The notes under the pieces: generated by a model | Database searches by the model: none | What the model was told of the DNA's origin: nothing | The model's input: the letters and a program-made list of their open reading frames with translations, nothing else | Origin: Desulfarculales bacterium | Lineage (GTDB): Bacteria > Desulfobacterota > Desulfarculia > Desulfarculales > Desulfarculaceae | Direction of reading: 5' to 3' | DNA length: 64,000 nt | NCBI GenBank assembly: GCA_031267815.1 | Contig: JAIRYI010000037.1 | Coordinates: 8,471-72,470, forward strand | Part shown: one piece after another, positions 45,853 through 55,465 of the stretch | Numbering within the stretch: the stretch's first letter is position 1 | How the letters are laid out: each line of letters opens with the position of its first letter | Position numbers and translations under genes: made by a program

Positions 45853-47046
45853 ATGAAGCTGGCCGAGAGAGTGACAAATGTGCAGCCTTCACCGACCCTG
45901 GCCGTGGACGCCAGGGCCAACGCCATGCGTGCCCAGGGGATTGATGTAATTAACTTCGGGGTGGGCCAGCCCGACTTTGAAACCCCGGTCCATGTGCGTC
46001 AGGCGGCTAAAGATGCTATTGATAAAGGTTATACCCGCTACACCCCTGTGGACGGCATTCCGGAACTCAAAAAAGCAATTGTGGAAAAATTCAAACATGA
46101 CAACAAACTGGAATATGCCCTCAGTCAGGTCAGCGTAAATGTAGGCGGCAAACATTCCTGCTATCTTCTCTGTCAGGCTTTGCTCAATCCTGGGGACGAG
46201 GTCATAATACCCGCTCCTTACTGGGTCAGCTTCCCGGCTATGGTGACTCTGGCCGGCGGAGTTCCGGTGTTGCTGCCCAGCCGCCAGGAAAATGGATTCA
46301 AACTGACCCTGGAAGATTTGCAAGCGGCTATATCCCCGCGCAGCAGAGCGATTATCATCAATTCTCCCAGCAATCCCACCGGCACGGTTTATAATAAAGA
46401 GGAACTAACCCCCCTGGCCGAACTGGCTATACGCCAGGGCCTGATAATTTTCAGCGATGAAATATATTCATCCATCCTGTTTGACAACCGCACCTTTACT
46501 TCGGTAGCGGCTTTGAGTCCGGATATATATAATCATACCGTTACCCTGAACGGAGTATCCAAAACTTATGCCATGACCGGATGGCGGATTGGCTATATGG
46601 CCGGGCCCGAAGACCTGATCAAAGCCTGCAACAAAATTCAAAGCCAGTCCACCAGCAACCCCACTTCTATTTCTCAATGGGCTTCCCTGGCCGCCCTTAC
46701 CGGCCCCCAGGATGAAGTCGCCGCCAATTGCAGAGAATTCCAGAAAAGACGCGACTATATAATCAAACGGCTTCTGGCCATCCCCCAGGTCACTTGCAGC
46801 ACGCCGGGGGGGGCTTTTTATGTCTTTCCCAACTTTTCAGCTTATTACGGCAAAAAATTTCAGAGTCAAATCATAAAAAATTCTCTGGATCTTACTTCAT
46901 ACCTGTTAGATCAGGCCCAGGTGGCGGTGGTGCCGGGAGTGGCTTTTGGCGAAGACTCCTGTCTGCGTTTCAGCTATGCGGTAAACATAGAGCAAATAGA
47001 AACGGCCATGAACCGTTTGGACAAAGCTCTGGCCCAGCTTAAATAA
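45853..47046 (+). CDS. Pyridoxal-phosphate-dependent aspartate aminotransferase (class I)
   Basis: GVGQPDF, YTPVDGIPELK, PAPYWVSFP, NSPSNPTG, SDEIYS, SKTYAMTGWRIGY (PLP Lys). Confidence 0.9.
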   Translation: MKLAERVTNVQPSPTLAVDARANAMRAQGIDVINFGVGQPDFETPVHVRQAAKDAIDKGYTRYTPVDGIPELKKAIVEKFKHDNKLEYALSQVSVNVGGKHSCYLLCQALLNPGDEVIIPAPYWVSFPAMVTLAGGVPVLLPSRQENGFKLTLEDLQAAISPRSRAIIINSPSNPTGTVYNKEELTPLAELAIRQGLIIFSDEIYSSILFDNRTFTSVAALSPDIYNHTVTLNGVSKTYAMTGWRIGYMAGPEDLIKACNKIQSQSTSNPTSISQWASLAALTGPQDEVAANCREFQKRRDYIIKRLLAIPQVTCSTPGGAFYVFPNFSAYYGKKFQSQIIKNSLDLTSYLLDQAQVAVVPGVAFGEDSCLRFSYAVNIEQIETAMNRLDKALAQLK

Positions 47047-47048
47047 TT

Positions 47049-47798
47049 ATGGCGCTTTTACTGCAAGAGATGACTATGAAAGAGTTTGCCGAAAGACGGC
47101 AGGCTATTTCCGTGGCCATAGTGCCGGTTGGCGCGCTGGAAGAACATGGCTCTCACCTGCCTTTGGGACTGGACTCCTTCCATGCCTGGGAACTGGCCAA
47201 GGCGGCCGGCGATTTGATTCCGTGTTTTGTAGCCCCTCTGGTATTTTACGGTCTATGCCGCAGCACTTCTGACCATCCCGGTACGATAAGCGTCAGCGGC
47301 CAGACTTTGCAAATGCTTTTGCAGGATATCGGAATGGAATTACACCGCCAGGGGGTGAGGGGAGTCTGTTTTGTCACCGGCCATGCCGGCGGCACTCACG
47401 GCGCGCGCATGGTTGAAGCCGGAGAACATCTTCTGGCTCATACCAGCCTGGAAGTAGCCGTGGTCAGCGTAATGGATCTGTTGCAGGAAGCCGGGACTTT
47501 TTTGCAATGCGCGGCCGATTCCCATGCCGGGGAAATGGAAACATCCCTGGCTCTGGCCCTGTGGCCGGAGATGGTCAAAGGCACAGCCCCGGAGGCCTAC
47601 CCGGACTTTCCCGGCCCTATTCTCACCCGGGAAAAATTAAAACACTGGCCCAGCGGAGTATGGGGTAATCCCACTCTGGCCAGCGCTGATAAAGGCCATC
47701 GCCTTCTGGCCGCTGAAGCCAGACAATTGGCCGCCATTGTTGAACAGCTGACCCAACGGATTGAGGAGAAAGAAAAACTTTTCTTTAATCCCAGCTAA
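47049..47798 (+). CDS. Creatininase-family amidohydrolase
   Basis: PVGALEEHGSHLPLGLD, TGHAGG, DSHAGEMETS are creatininase/ArfB/MftE-type metal-site motifs. Confidence 0.8.
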   Translation: MALLLQEMTMKEFAERRQAISVAIVPVGALEEHGSHLPLGLDSFHAWELAKAAGDLIPCFVAPLVFYGLCRSTSDHPGTISVSGQTLQMLLQDIGMELHRQGVRGVCFVTGHAGGTHGARMVEAGEHLLAHTSLEVAVVSVMDLLQEAGTFLQCAADSHAGEMETSLALALWPEMVKGTAPEAYPDFPGPILTREKLKHWPSGVWGNPTLASADKGHRLLAAEARQLAAIVEQLTQRIEEKEKLFFNPS

Positions 47799-47994
47799 AA
47801 AACAGTTCTCTGCTTAAAACCCCAACCGGCAAATCAAGACTGTGCGGATTTTAAATTTTAAATGGAATTAGACCGCCGTTAATTTTGCCGCGGCAATCAA
47901 TATATTTCATATCACGCGCGATTAAGCAACCCGGTATACGTTTTTTATATTTCTGACAAACTCTCCGGCATACCTTAACAAAAGGCTGAAGATT

Positions 47995-48183
47995 ATGACG
48001 CAATGGGATGTGACCATAGAAGCAAGCAAAGACGGAAAGATCCTGCCCCGGGAACGCTGGGTGGAGCGGGTCTCGGCTGTGGATATTATAGCTGCCCGCA
48101 CTGAGGCGGTTGTAAAAGCCCGCCAGAAAAAACCGTACTATCTTTTGTATGAAACCACAACTATTCTTGAAGTTAAAATATGA
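47995..48183 (+). CDS. Hypothetical 62-aa protein
   Basis: Balanced, protein-like composition (MTQWDVTIEASKDGKILPRERWVERVSAVDII...) with only a weak SD (GAAGA). It sits alone in an ORF-poor, repeat-dense spacer and is followed by hairpin 48265. Confidence 0.3.
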   Translation: MTQWDVTIEASKDGKILPRERWVERVSAVDIIAARTEAVVKARQKKPYYLLYETTTILEVKI

Positions 48184-48264
48184 TATGAGACCAGTTGCAT
48201 ACTGCAAAATACGCAAACCGGCACGCTTCAATTATCCGGGACAACAGTCCCACTATTTAGTAGA

Positions 48265-48296
48265 CCCTGAAAAAGTCGAAGCCGGCTTTTTCAGGG
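48265..48296. terminator. Family A hairpin
   Basis: CCCTGAAAAAGTCG-AAGC-CGGCTTTTTCAGGG, a 14-bp stem with one G-U pair. Preceded by GA as in the 3314 and 26669 (rc) copies. Confidence 0.6.
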
Positions 48297-48389
48297 AAGA
48301 ACGCCGATTTCAGGCGCCGCTCTTAGTGGCCGCCGCAAGTAAATTGTGGCTCGCCCTCACCGCGCCCGTTCGATAAATCGACCGGGATA

Positions 48390-48483
48390 GCCGATCCTGA
48401 AAAACATTTCTGGGCTGAAAAATATGCGTTTTTACAAAAATTACGTTTTAATATCAGTACATTTAATGTTTTTCAGGATCGAC
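48390..48483 (-). repeat. 94-bp MITE-like family A element with 19-bp terminal inverted repeats
   Basis: Left end GCCGATCCTGAAAAACATT and right end AATGTTTTTCAGGATCGAC (18/19 complementary). The interior is homologous to 6627..6695. Confidence 0.75.
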
Positions 48484-48532
48484 TATTTATATATGCCGTT
48501 ACCTATAAAACCTATAAATTAAGGAGATAGTT

Positions 48533-50101
48533 ATGCCCCCCAAGATTATAACGCCCCAACAGGCGGCTCTGTTGGTACAAGATGAAGATACCTTGGCGGT
48601 CAGCGGTTTCATGGCCAACCTGGTGCCTTTTTCTTTCATCCATGCTTTAGCCGACCGCTACCGTGACTCAGGCCGCCCCCATGATCTGACTTATATATTT
48701 TCCTCCGGTCAAACAACCAGAGCGGCTCAAAACCCCCTTGGCTTTGATAAGCTGGCGCAGGAGGGCCTGCTGAAACGGACTGTCGGATCTCACTATGCTG
48801 TTAATCCGGCCATCGGTAGAATGGCCATTGATGAAAAAATAGAAGCCTTCAATCTGCCCATGGGCATAATGGCCCATCTTTACCGGGATATGGCGGGCGG
48901 CAAACCGGGCACAATATCCCATGTGGGGCTGAAAACTTATATTGATCCCAGATTGGAAGGGGGGAAGCTCAACCAAAAAGCCAGAGACAGCGGCTACGAC
49001 GCAGTGGAACTGATAACCATAAACGGCCAAGAACAGCTTTTCTATAAGGCCATACCCATCAACATATGCGTTATCCGCGGCAGTTACGCGGATGAGAAAG
49101 GCAATATATCTTTTGCCAAGGAAGGTACTTTTTTAGAGGCCACGGCCATGGCCCAGGCCACCCGCCGCTTTGGCGGCAAAGTGGCGGTGCAGGTGGAATG
49201 CATACTCCAAAACGGCTCTCTTCATCCTAAAGATGTAAAAATACCACATATTTATGTTGATTACATAATACCGGTGGGACCGGAGAACATGCCGGAATAC
49301 GATTCCTATCTTTCCCCCGCAATTGCCGGCGACACCAGGGTGCCCGGCAAAGCTATTCCCGCCATCCCGCTGAATGAACGAAAGATAATAGCCCGCCGGG
49401 CGGCTATGGAACTAAGCCCCGATTCAGTGGTAAATCTGGGCGTAGGCATACCCGAGGCGGTGGCCATGGTGGCCAATGAAGAGGGTATAGCCGGCTATAT
49501 TACTTTGACCGTGGAAGCGGGGCCGGTGGGAGGGATAAGCAGCGGCGGATCTTTGTTTGGCACCGCCGTCAATCCTGACGCTATTCTCACCCAGGGCCAG
49601 CAGTTTGATTTTTATGACGGCGCGGGGCTGGATCTGGCCTATCTGGGTTCAGGGGAAGTGGATGAAGAGGGAAATGTCAATGTTAGCGATTTGGGCACCT
49701 TCCTTACCGGCTGCGGCGGCTTCATCAATATCAGCCAGAATGCCAAAAAACTTTTTTTCTGCGGCTCCTTCACCGCCAAGGGCCTGCAAATACAGACCGG
49801 CCAAGGCAAACTCAGCATAATTAAGGAAGGAGCGCAGAAAAAATTCATAAAAAAAGTGCGCCAGATAACTTTCAGCGGTGAGTATGCCAGAAACATTGGG
49901 CAGCCTATCCTGTTTATTACTGAACGGGCGGTGTTCAAACTGCAAAAGGACGGTCTGCACCTCATTGAGATAGCCCCAGGGGTTGATATTAAAAACGATG
50001 TCCTGGCTCATATGGATTTTATGCCTAAAATACCGGCGCCTCCCCAGTTGATGGACAGCCGGATATTTACTGATAAAGTGATGAATATAAAAAACGGTTA
50101 G
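48533..50101 (+). CDS. Acyl-CoA:acetate/3-ketoacid CoA-transferase (fused family I, YdiF-like)
   Basis: AAGGAG RBS. 522 aa with fused alpha/beta halves. Contains LTVEAGPVGG with the EAG/ExG catalytic-Glu context, plus GGFINISQNA. Confidence 0.8.
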   Translation: MPPKIITPQQAALLVQDEDTLAVSGFMANLVPFSFIHALADRYRDSGRPHDLTYIFSSGQTTRAAQNPLGFDKLAQEGLLKRTVGSHYAVNPAIGRMAIDEKIEAFNLPMGIMAHLYRDMAGGKPGTISHVGLKTYIDPRLEGGKLNQKARDSGYDAVELITINGQEQLFYKAIPINICVIRGSYADEKGNISFAKEGTFLEATAMAQATRRFGGKVAVQVECILQNGSLHPKDVKIPHIYVDYIIPVGPENMPEYDSYLSPAIAGDTRVPGKAIPAIPLNERKIIARRAAMELSPDSVVNLGVGIPEAVAMVANEEGIAGYITLTVEAGPVGGISSGGSLFGTAVNPDAILTQGQQFDFYDGAGLDLAYLGSGEVDEEGNVNVSDLGTFLTGCGGFINISQNAKKLFFCGSFTAKGLQIQTGQGKLSIIKEGAQKKFIKKVRQITFSGEYARNIGQPILFITERAVFKLQKDGLHLIEIAPGVDIKNDVLAHMDFMPKIPAPPQLMDSRIFTDKVMNIKNG

Positions 50102-50109
50102 AGTGACCG

Positions 50110-50149
50110 CCCCGGAAAGGGAAGAAAACTATTCCATCCCTTTCCGGGG
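50110..50149 (+). terminator. Hairpin after CoA-transferase
   Basis: Perfect 12-bp stem CCCCGGAAAGGG / CCCTTTCCGGGG with a 16-nt loop, 9 nt after the stop. Confidence 0.5.
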
Positions 50150-50170
50150 AAAACCAATAAGGATAATCTT

Positions 50171-52216
50171 TTGTCTCCCACCGCCATAGATTCCAGCCAG
50201 TTCTGGATTACCAAGCCCCGCTCCCGTCCCTTTGAGCTGGTCAGCTCTTATGTTCCTCAGGGTGATCAGCCCGACGCCATCGCTCAACTTAACCAAGGAT
50301 TACTTCAAGGCGTCAAAGAACAGGTATTGCTGGGAGTCACCGGCAGCGGCAAGACTTTTACCATAGCCAATGTAATTAAAAAAACCGCCCTGCCCACTTT
50401 AGTGCTGGCGCCCAACAAAACTCTGGCCGCGCAGCTTTATTCGGAACTGAAACAGTTTTTCCCTCACAACGCGGTAGAATATTTTGTCTCCTACTATGAC
50501 TATTATCAGCCTGAAGCTTATATTCCCAGCAGCGACACCTATATAGAAAAGGATTCTTCCATCAATGAACGCATAGATAAAATGCGCCATTCCGCCACTT
50601 ACGCCCTGCTTACCCGTGATGACGTCATTATTGTGGCCAGTGTGTCCTGCATTTACGGTCTGGGTTCGCCGGAAGCTTACGCCGGCATGCTTTTAAACCT
50701 GCGGGTGGGAGATGAGCCGGGCCGGGAAACGGTTCTGGGCAAATTGGTGGATATCCTGTATGAGCGCAATGAATATGATTTTCACCGGGGAGTTTTCCGG
50801 GTCCGCGGAGAGAATGTGGAAATTTTTCCCGCCTATGAGGAAGACAGAGCGGTGCGCATAGAATTTTTCGGCGATGAAATTGAAGCCATCAGCATTATCG
50901 ATCCTCTGAGCGGCCGCCGGCTGAGCCAGGAAAACCAGGTCACCGTCTTTCCCGCCAGCCACTATGTCACCAATGAGGGTATCCGGGCTCAGGCCATGAG
51001 TTCCATCCGCCGGGAACTGAGGGACCGTCTGGCCTTTTTTGAAAGCCACAGCCGTCTCCTGGAAGCCCAGCGCCTGCGCGAACGCACTCTCCTGGATCTG
51101 GAGATGATGAAAGAACTGGGCTATTGCCATGGCATTGAGAACTATTCCCGCCATCTCACCGGAAGGGCGCCGGGAGACCCGCCTCCTACCCTGCTGGATT
51201 ATTTTCCCCGGCAATGGCTTCTGGTGGTGGATGAAAGCCATATAAGCATACCTCAGGTAGGAGGCATGTTCCGGGGAGACCGTTCCCGCAAGGAGAATCT
51301 GGTGGAATACGGCTTCCGCCTGCCCTCAGCACTGGATAACCGCCCCCTCAACTTTGAGGAATTTACCTCCCTTCTGGATAAAATTATTTATGTATCCGCA
51401 ACTCCGGCCGAATATGAACTCAAAAAATCCGGCGGGGCGATAGTGGAACAGATAATCCGTCCTACCGGCCTTATGGACCCGGTAATGGAGGTCCGGCCGG
51501 CCAGCGGCCAGGTGGATGATTTACTTGCCGAGCTTAAAACCGCCGCCGCCCATGGAGGACGGGCGCTGATCACCACCCTGACCAAGCGCATGGCAGAGGA
51601 ACTCACCCAGTATATGAGCGAACATGGACTCAAGACGCGCTACCTGCATAGCGATATCGAAACCATTGAGAGGGTGGAAATTCTGCGCGATCTGCGGGCC
51701 GGAGTCTTTGATGTGCTGATTGGCATAAATCTTTTACGCGAAGGCCTGGACTTGCCGGAGGTTATTCTGGTGGCGGTGCTGGACGCCGACAAAGAAGGTT
51801 TTCTGCGCTCTACCCGCAGCCTGATCCAGACAGCCGGCAGGGCCGCCCGCAATACCGAAGGCAAAGTTATCCTCTATGCTGATCAAATAACTCATTCCAT
51901 GGAACGGGCTTTAGAAGAAACGTCCCGGCGCCGGGCTTTGCAGCGGCAATATAATCAGAAACATGGAATCACCCCTGCCACCATCAATAAAAATTTAACC
52001 AGCATGCTGCCGGAAGAAATAATGGGCGATTATATCAGCCCGCAGATAATGCGCCCGCAGCAAACCGCGGATATTGATCTCCAGGACATTCCCAGGCTTA
52101 TTAAAAAGCTGCGCAAAGAAATGCTGGCCCAGGCCAAGGATCTCAACTTCGAAGAGGCGGCGCTTCTGCGTGACCGCATAAAAGAACTGGAACAGCAGGA
52201 GATGCAATGCCGCTGA
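50171..52216 (+). CDS. uvrB: Excinuclease ABC subunit B
   Basis: TTG start. [35 protein letters not shown], beta-hairpin region, C-terminal UVR domain. Confidence 0.95.
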   Translation: MSPTAIDSSQFWITKPRSRPFELVSSYVPQGDQPDAIAQLNQGLLQGVKEQVLLGVTGSGKTFTIANVIKKTALPTLVLAPNKTLAAQLYSELKQFFPHNAVEYFVSYYDYYQPEAYIPSSDTYIEKDSSINERIDKMRHSATYALLTRDDVIIVASVSCIYGLGSPEAYAGMLLNLRVGDEPGRETVLGKLVDILYERNEYDFHRGVFRVRGENVEIFPAYEEDRAVRIEFFGDEIEAISIIDPLSGRRLSQENQVTVFPASHYVTNEGIRAQAMSSIRRELRDRLAFFESHSRLLEAQRLRERTLLDLEMMKELGYCHGIENYSRHLTGRAPGDPPPTLLDYFPRQWLLVVDESHISIPQVGGMFRGDRSRKENLVEYGFRLPSALDNRPLNFEEFTSLLDKIIYVSATPAEYELKKSGGAIVEQIIRPTGLMDPVMEVRPASGQVDDLLAELKTAAAHGGRALITTLTKRMAEELTQYMSEHGLKTRYLHSDIETIERVEILRDLRAGVFDVLIGINLLREGLDLPEVILVAVLDADKEGFLRSTRSLIQTAGRAARNTEGKVILYADQITHSMERALEETSRRRALQRQYNQKHGITPATINKNLTSMLPEEIMGDYISPQIMRPQQTADIDLQDIPRLIKKLRKEMLAQAKDLNFEEAALLRDRIKELEQQEMQCR

Positions 52217-54054
52217 CCGGTTCGGCTCTTATCGCCTCCCTCCTGCCCCAGGCTCCTCTGCAACCGGGCGTTTATATGATGAAAAACTCCAATGATCAGA
52301 TCATCTATGTAGGCAAAGCCAAAATTCTGCGCAAACGTCTGGCCAATTATGCCCGCATTGACGAATTCCCCGGCTACTACCGGCAAAAAGTACAAGCCAT
52401 GGTGGCGAAAATAAACGGGCTGGAGTGGGTAATAACTTCAAATGAAAAGGAAGCGCTCATTCTTGAAAGCAATCTGATCAAACTTCACCGCCCTCGCTAT
52501 AATGTTGATTTGCGTGACGACAAAACCTATCCTTTCTTCCGCTTAAGCGTAAGGGACGAATTTCCCCGCCTTCATCTGGTGCGCCGGCCTGACCGTAAGG
52601 ATGGAGCCAGATATTGGGGGCCTCTGGAAAATGTAAGCGCGGCCCGCCGCACCCTCGATCTGCTGCACAAAAGTTTTCCTTTGCGCCGCTGCAGCAACCG
52701 GCAGATGCTGAACCGTAGCCGCCCTTGCCTGGACTATGAAATGAAACGATGCCTGGCGCCTTGCGCCAATCCCGCCTTGGGTGAGGCTTACAGGCGTCTG
52801 GTAAGCCAGACAGAAGCCTTTTTCGCCGGTCAGGGCGGACGGGTTGTAAAAGAACTGGAGGCGTCTATGATCAGTGCCGCCGCGCGGGAAGAGTTTGAAC
52901 TGGCGGCCGGCCTGCGCGACCGCATGCTCGCCCTTCAACGCACCCTGGAAAATCAGCAGGCCGACACGCCGGAAGGAGATATGGACGCCTGGGGATTATA
53001 TCAGGACTCAACCTCTCTGCGCCTGGGGATTGCGCGTATGCGCTCCGGACAGATGATCTCCAGTCAGATACAGGATTTAAGCCGGGCCGCGTTGGATGAC
53101 GCCCAAGCCCTTGCCCAGGGCCTGTTAACTTTTTATCATGATAACAACCCGCCTCCCCCTTTACTGTTATTATCGCAAATGCCGGAAGACATGGGCCTTA
53201 TAAGCGAATACCTGGCCGTTTTACGGCAGGGCGGAGTGGAACTCAGAATACCGCAACGGGGCGATAAACGCAAATTTCTGGATATCGCCCTTAAAAACGC
53301 CGCCCTGGCCGGGATGAATGACTTCGGGGAAAACCCGGAAAAAGTGCTGGAAAACTTAAGCCGCCGCTTGGGTCTGGCTGATTTGAACCGGATGGAATGT
53401 ATGGACATATCACATCTGGGAGGCGCGTTTACAGTAGCCAGCGTGGTATGTTTTGTGGCCGGGAGACCGCTTAAGTCAGAATACAGGCGCTACCAATTGA
53501 AAGATATACCTCCCGGCGACGACTACTCGGCCATAAACAGAGCCTTCACCCGCCGCCTTAACTCCAACCGTCCCTGGCCGGATCTTATGGTGGTTGACGG
53601 GGGAAAAGGCCAGCTGGCTATGGCGGAAGCGGCCTTAAAAAATTTTCAGGAGAATATTGATAAAAACTCCGTCTCCGCAAACCGTTTGAAAATTATTGCC
53701 CTGGCCAAAGACAGAGAGGAAAAGGAAAGTGATAAAGTATATGTGCCCGGACGTAAAAATCCGCTCAACTTTCCTCTCCGCGATCGCGGTTTGGCCCTGC
53801 TTATGGCCCTGCGCGACGAAGCTCACCGGGTAGCGATCGGTTATCAGCGCCTGCTTAAGAAAAAATCGCTTACCCGTTCCATCTTGGATGAAATCGCGGG
53901 TCTGGGTCCCAAAAATAAAAAAAAATTAAACGCGGCTTTTCCTTCCTTCACGGATCTGAAAGCGTCCGGCGCGGAAGAAATAAGCCGCAGGGCCGGAATC
54001 AGTCAGGCCCTGGCCCGGGAAATAGCAGATTTTCTGAAGAAAGGAATGAGTTAA
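52207..54054 (+). CDS. uvrC: Excinuclease ABC subunit C
   Basis: Overlaps uvrB by 10 nt. GIY-YIG ([21 protein letters not shown]), UVR domain, RNase H-like endonuclease domain, C-terminal (HhH)2. Confidence 0.94.
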   Translation: MPLTGSALIASLLPQAPLQPGVYMMKNSNDQIIYVGKAKILRKRLANYARIDEFPGYYRQKVQAMVAKINGLEWVITSNEKEALILESNLIKLHRPRYNVDLRDDKTYPFFRLSVRDEFPRLHLVRRPDRKDGARYWGPLENVSAARRTLDLLHKSFPLRRCSNRQMLNRSRPCLDYEMKRCLAPCANPALGEAYRRLVSQTEAFFAGQGGRVVKELEASMISAAAREEFELAAGLRDRMLALQRTLENQQADTPEGDMDAWGLYQDSTSLRLGIARMRSGQMISSQIQDLSRAALDDAQALAQGLLTFYHDNNPPPPLLLLSQMPEDMGLISEYLAVLRQGGVELRIPQRGDKRKFLDIALKNAALAGMNDFGENPEKVLENLSRRLGLADLNRMECMDISHLGGAFTVASVVCFVAGRPLKSEYRRYQLKDIPPGDDYSAINRAFTRRLNSNRPWPDLMVVDGGKGQLAMAEAALKNFQENIDKNSVSANRLKIIALAKDREEKESDKVYVPGRKNPLNFPLRDRGLALLMALRDEAHRVAIGYQRLLKKKSLTRSILDEIAGLGPKNKKKLNAAFPSFTDLKASGAEEISRRAGISQALAREIADFLKKGMS

Positions 54055-54085
54055 CCCCTCACGGGAAGAGAGACCGGATATTTTA

Positions 54086-55456
54086 TTACAATTCCAGATA
54101 ACGGCCGGCCAGGGCTTTATAAATCATGTTTTCCTGACGCAATAACTGATAGCGGCAGCGCAAAGCGGAGATTTTGCTGTCCATAACAGTATTGAGGGCA
54201 TTCAGCCAATCGGACAATTCACCCGCGCCTGCCTGGTAACGAGCTTGATAATAAGCGGCTATTTTCAAATCATAGTCATATTTTTCCTCGATTTTACGGA
54301 GTGATTCTCTCAGACTGACATAACTGTAATAATAATAGTCGAGTTCGTTAAGAGCGGTGTTGACGCTTTGAGTAAAATTTAGGAGCGCGCTTTCAAAATC
54401 AGCTTCCGAGACGGCAATTTCCCATTTTATGCGGTTATATTGCAGAAAAGGCAGGCTGATGGATATAGTTCCGCCCGTAAAGGGGAGATCAAAAGTAGCC
54501 GCTGCCCGTTCTCCGCTTGAACTCAAAGCGGCGCCGACAGTAATGGTCGGATAAAGACTCTTTTCCGCCGCTTGTACATTTTTAAAAGCGCTCTGCAGGC
54601 GATACTCGGCCGCGCGCACATCCGGCCTGGCCGCCAAAACCGACAGAGGCACTTGCAAATTCACCTCCGGCAATTTCATCTCATGCATATCGACAAAAGT
54701 GAGGGTAAGTTCATCGCCCGGAGTGAGATTCAATAAATCGCGCATGGTCTGTTCAGCGGCTTTATGCTGTTCCCGCCAATCCAGCAGGTTACTTTCCGAA
54801 GCAAGCACCGCCTGCACGGCCTGAGCGGGTTCCACATAGGCCACCTTGCCTTTATCATATTTAAGCTGAGTAAGCTCTTTTATCTGCTCATAATAGCCGA
54901 GGGCGTATCCGGTGGCTTCTATGGCGCTGCGCAGATACATAATATTAAAATAAGTGTCGGTCACATTATTTATCAGGGCAAGACGGGCGCTGAGCAGATC
55001 CTGCCGGCTGGCCCGATATTCCCATTCCTGAGCGCTGGCGCTGTCGGCCAGGCGTCTCCACAGATCGATTTCATATTGCACCCGCACCTGGCCGGTAAAC
55101 TGCACCGAAGACGGATCGCCCGATTTGATATTACGGCTGGCGCTGCCATCCCAGGCAGCGGAAAATTCCGGCGCCAAGTCAGCGCCCAGCAGATTGGCCC
55201 TGTACAGAGCGCGGTTGACCGTGACCGCGCTCTGGAGCAAATCAATATTATTGTCAAGAGCCAAAGTCATTAAACGGTCAAGCTGGGCGTCGTCATATAA
55301 TAGCCACCACTGCTGGTCTACCTTATAACGGCGGGAAATATCATCTTCGTCATAGCCCAGCACCTGAACGGCGTCAGGCAGCTGACGGCCGCCGCCTAAG
55401 CAGGAGCTGGTTATAAGGCATATAAAGAAGATTAAGCACCGCCATCCGAATTTCAT
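54086..55456 (-). CDS. Efflux outer-membrane factor lipoprotein (TolC/NodT family)
   Basis: Lipobox LITSSC and two OEP-type repeats. Last gene of the macA-macB operon. Confidence 0.85.
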   Translation of the reverse strand: MKFGWRCLIFFICLITSSCLGGGRQLPDAVQVLGYDEDDISRRYKVDQQWWLLYDDAQLDRLMTLALDNNIDLLQSAVTVNRALYRANLLGADLAPEFSAAWDGSASRNIKSGDPSSVQFTGQVRVQYEIDLWRRLADSASAQEWEYRASRQDLLSARLALINNVTDTYFNIMYLRSAIEATGYALGYYEQIKELTQLKYDKGKVAYVEPAQAVQAVLASESNLLDWREQHKAAEQTMRDLLNLTPGDELTLTFVDMHEMKLPEVNLQVPLSVLAARPDVRAAEYRLQSAFKNVQAAEKSLYPTITVGAALSSSGERAAATFDLPFTGGTISISLPFLQYNRIKWEIAVSEADFESALLNFTQSVNTALNELDYYYYSYVSLRESLRKIEEKYDYDLKIAAYYQARYQAGAGELSDWLNALNTVMDSKISALRCRYQLLRQENMIYKALAGRYLEL

Positions 55457-55465
55457 AAGGATTTC

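Noticed and set aside
47851-48231. 126-aa minus-strand ORF in the long spacer
   Set aside because: It has Cys/Arg/Phe-rich, low-plausibility composition and no RBS. It overlaps the more protein-like 62-aa + strand ORF.
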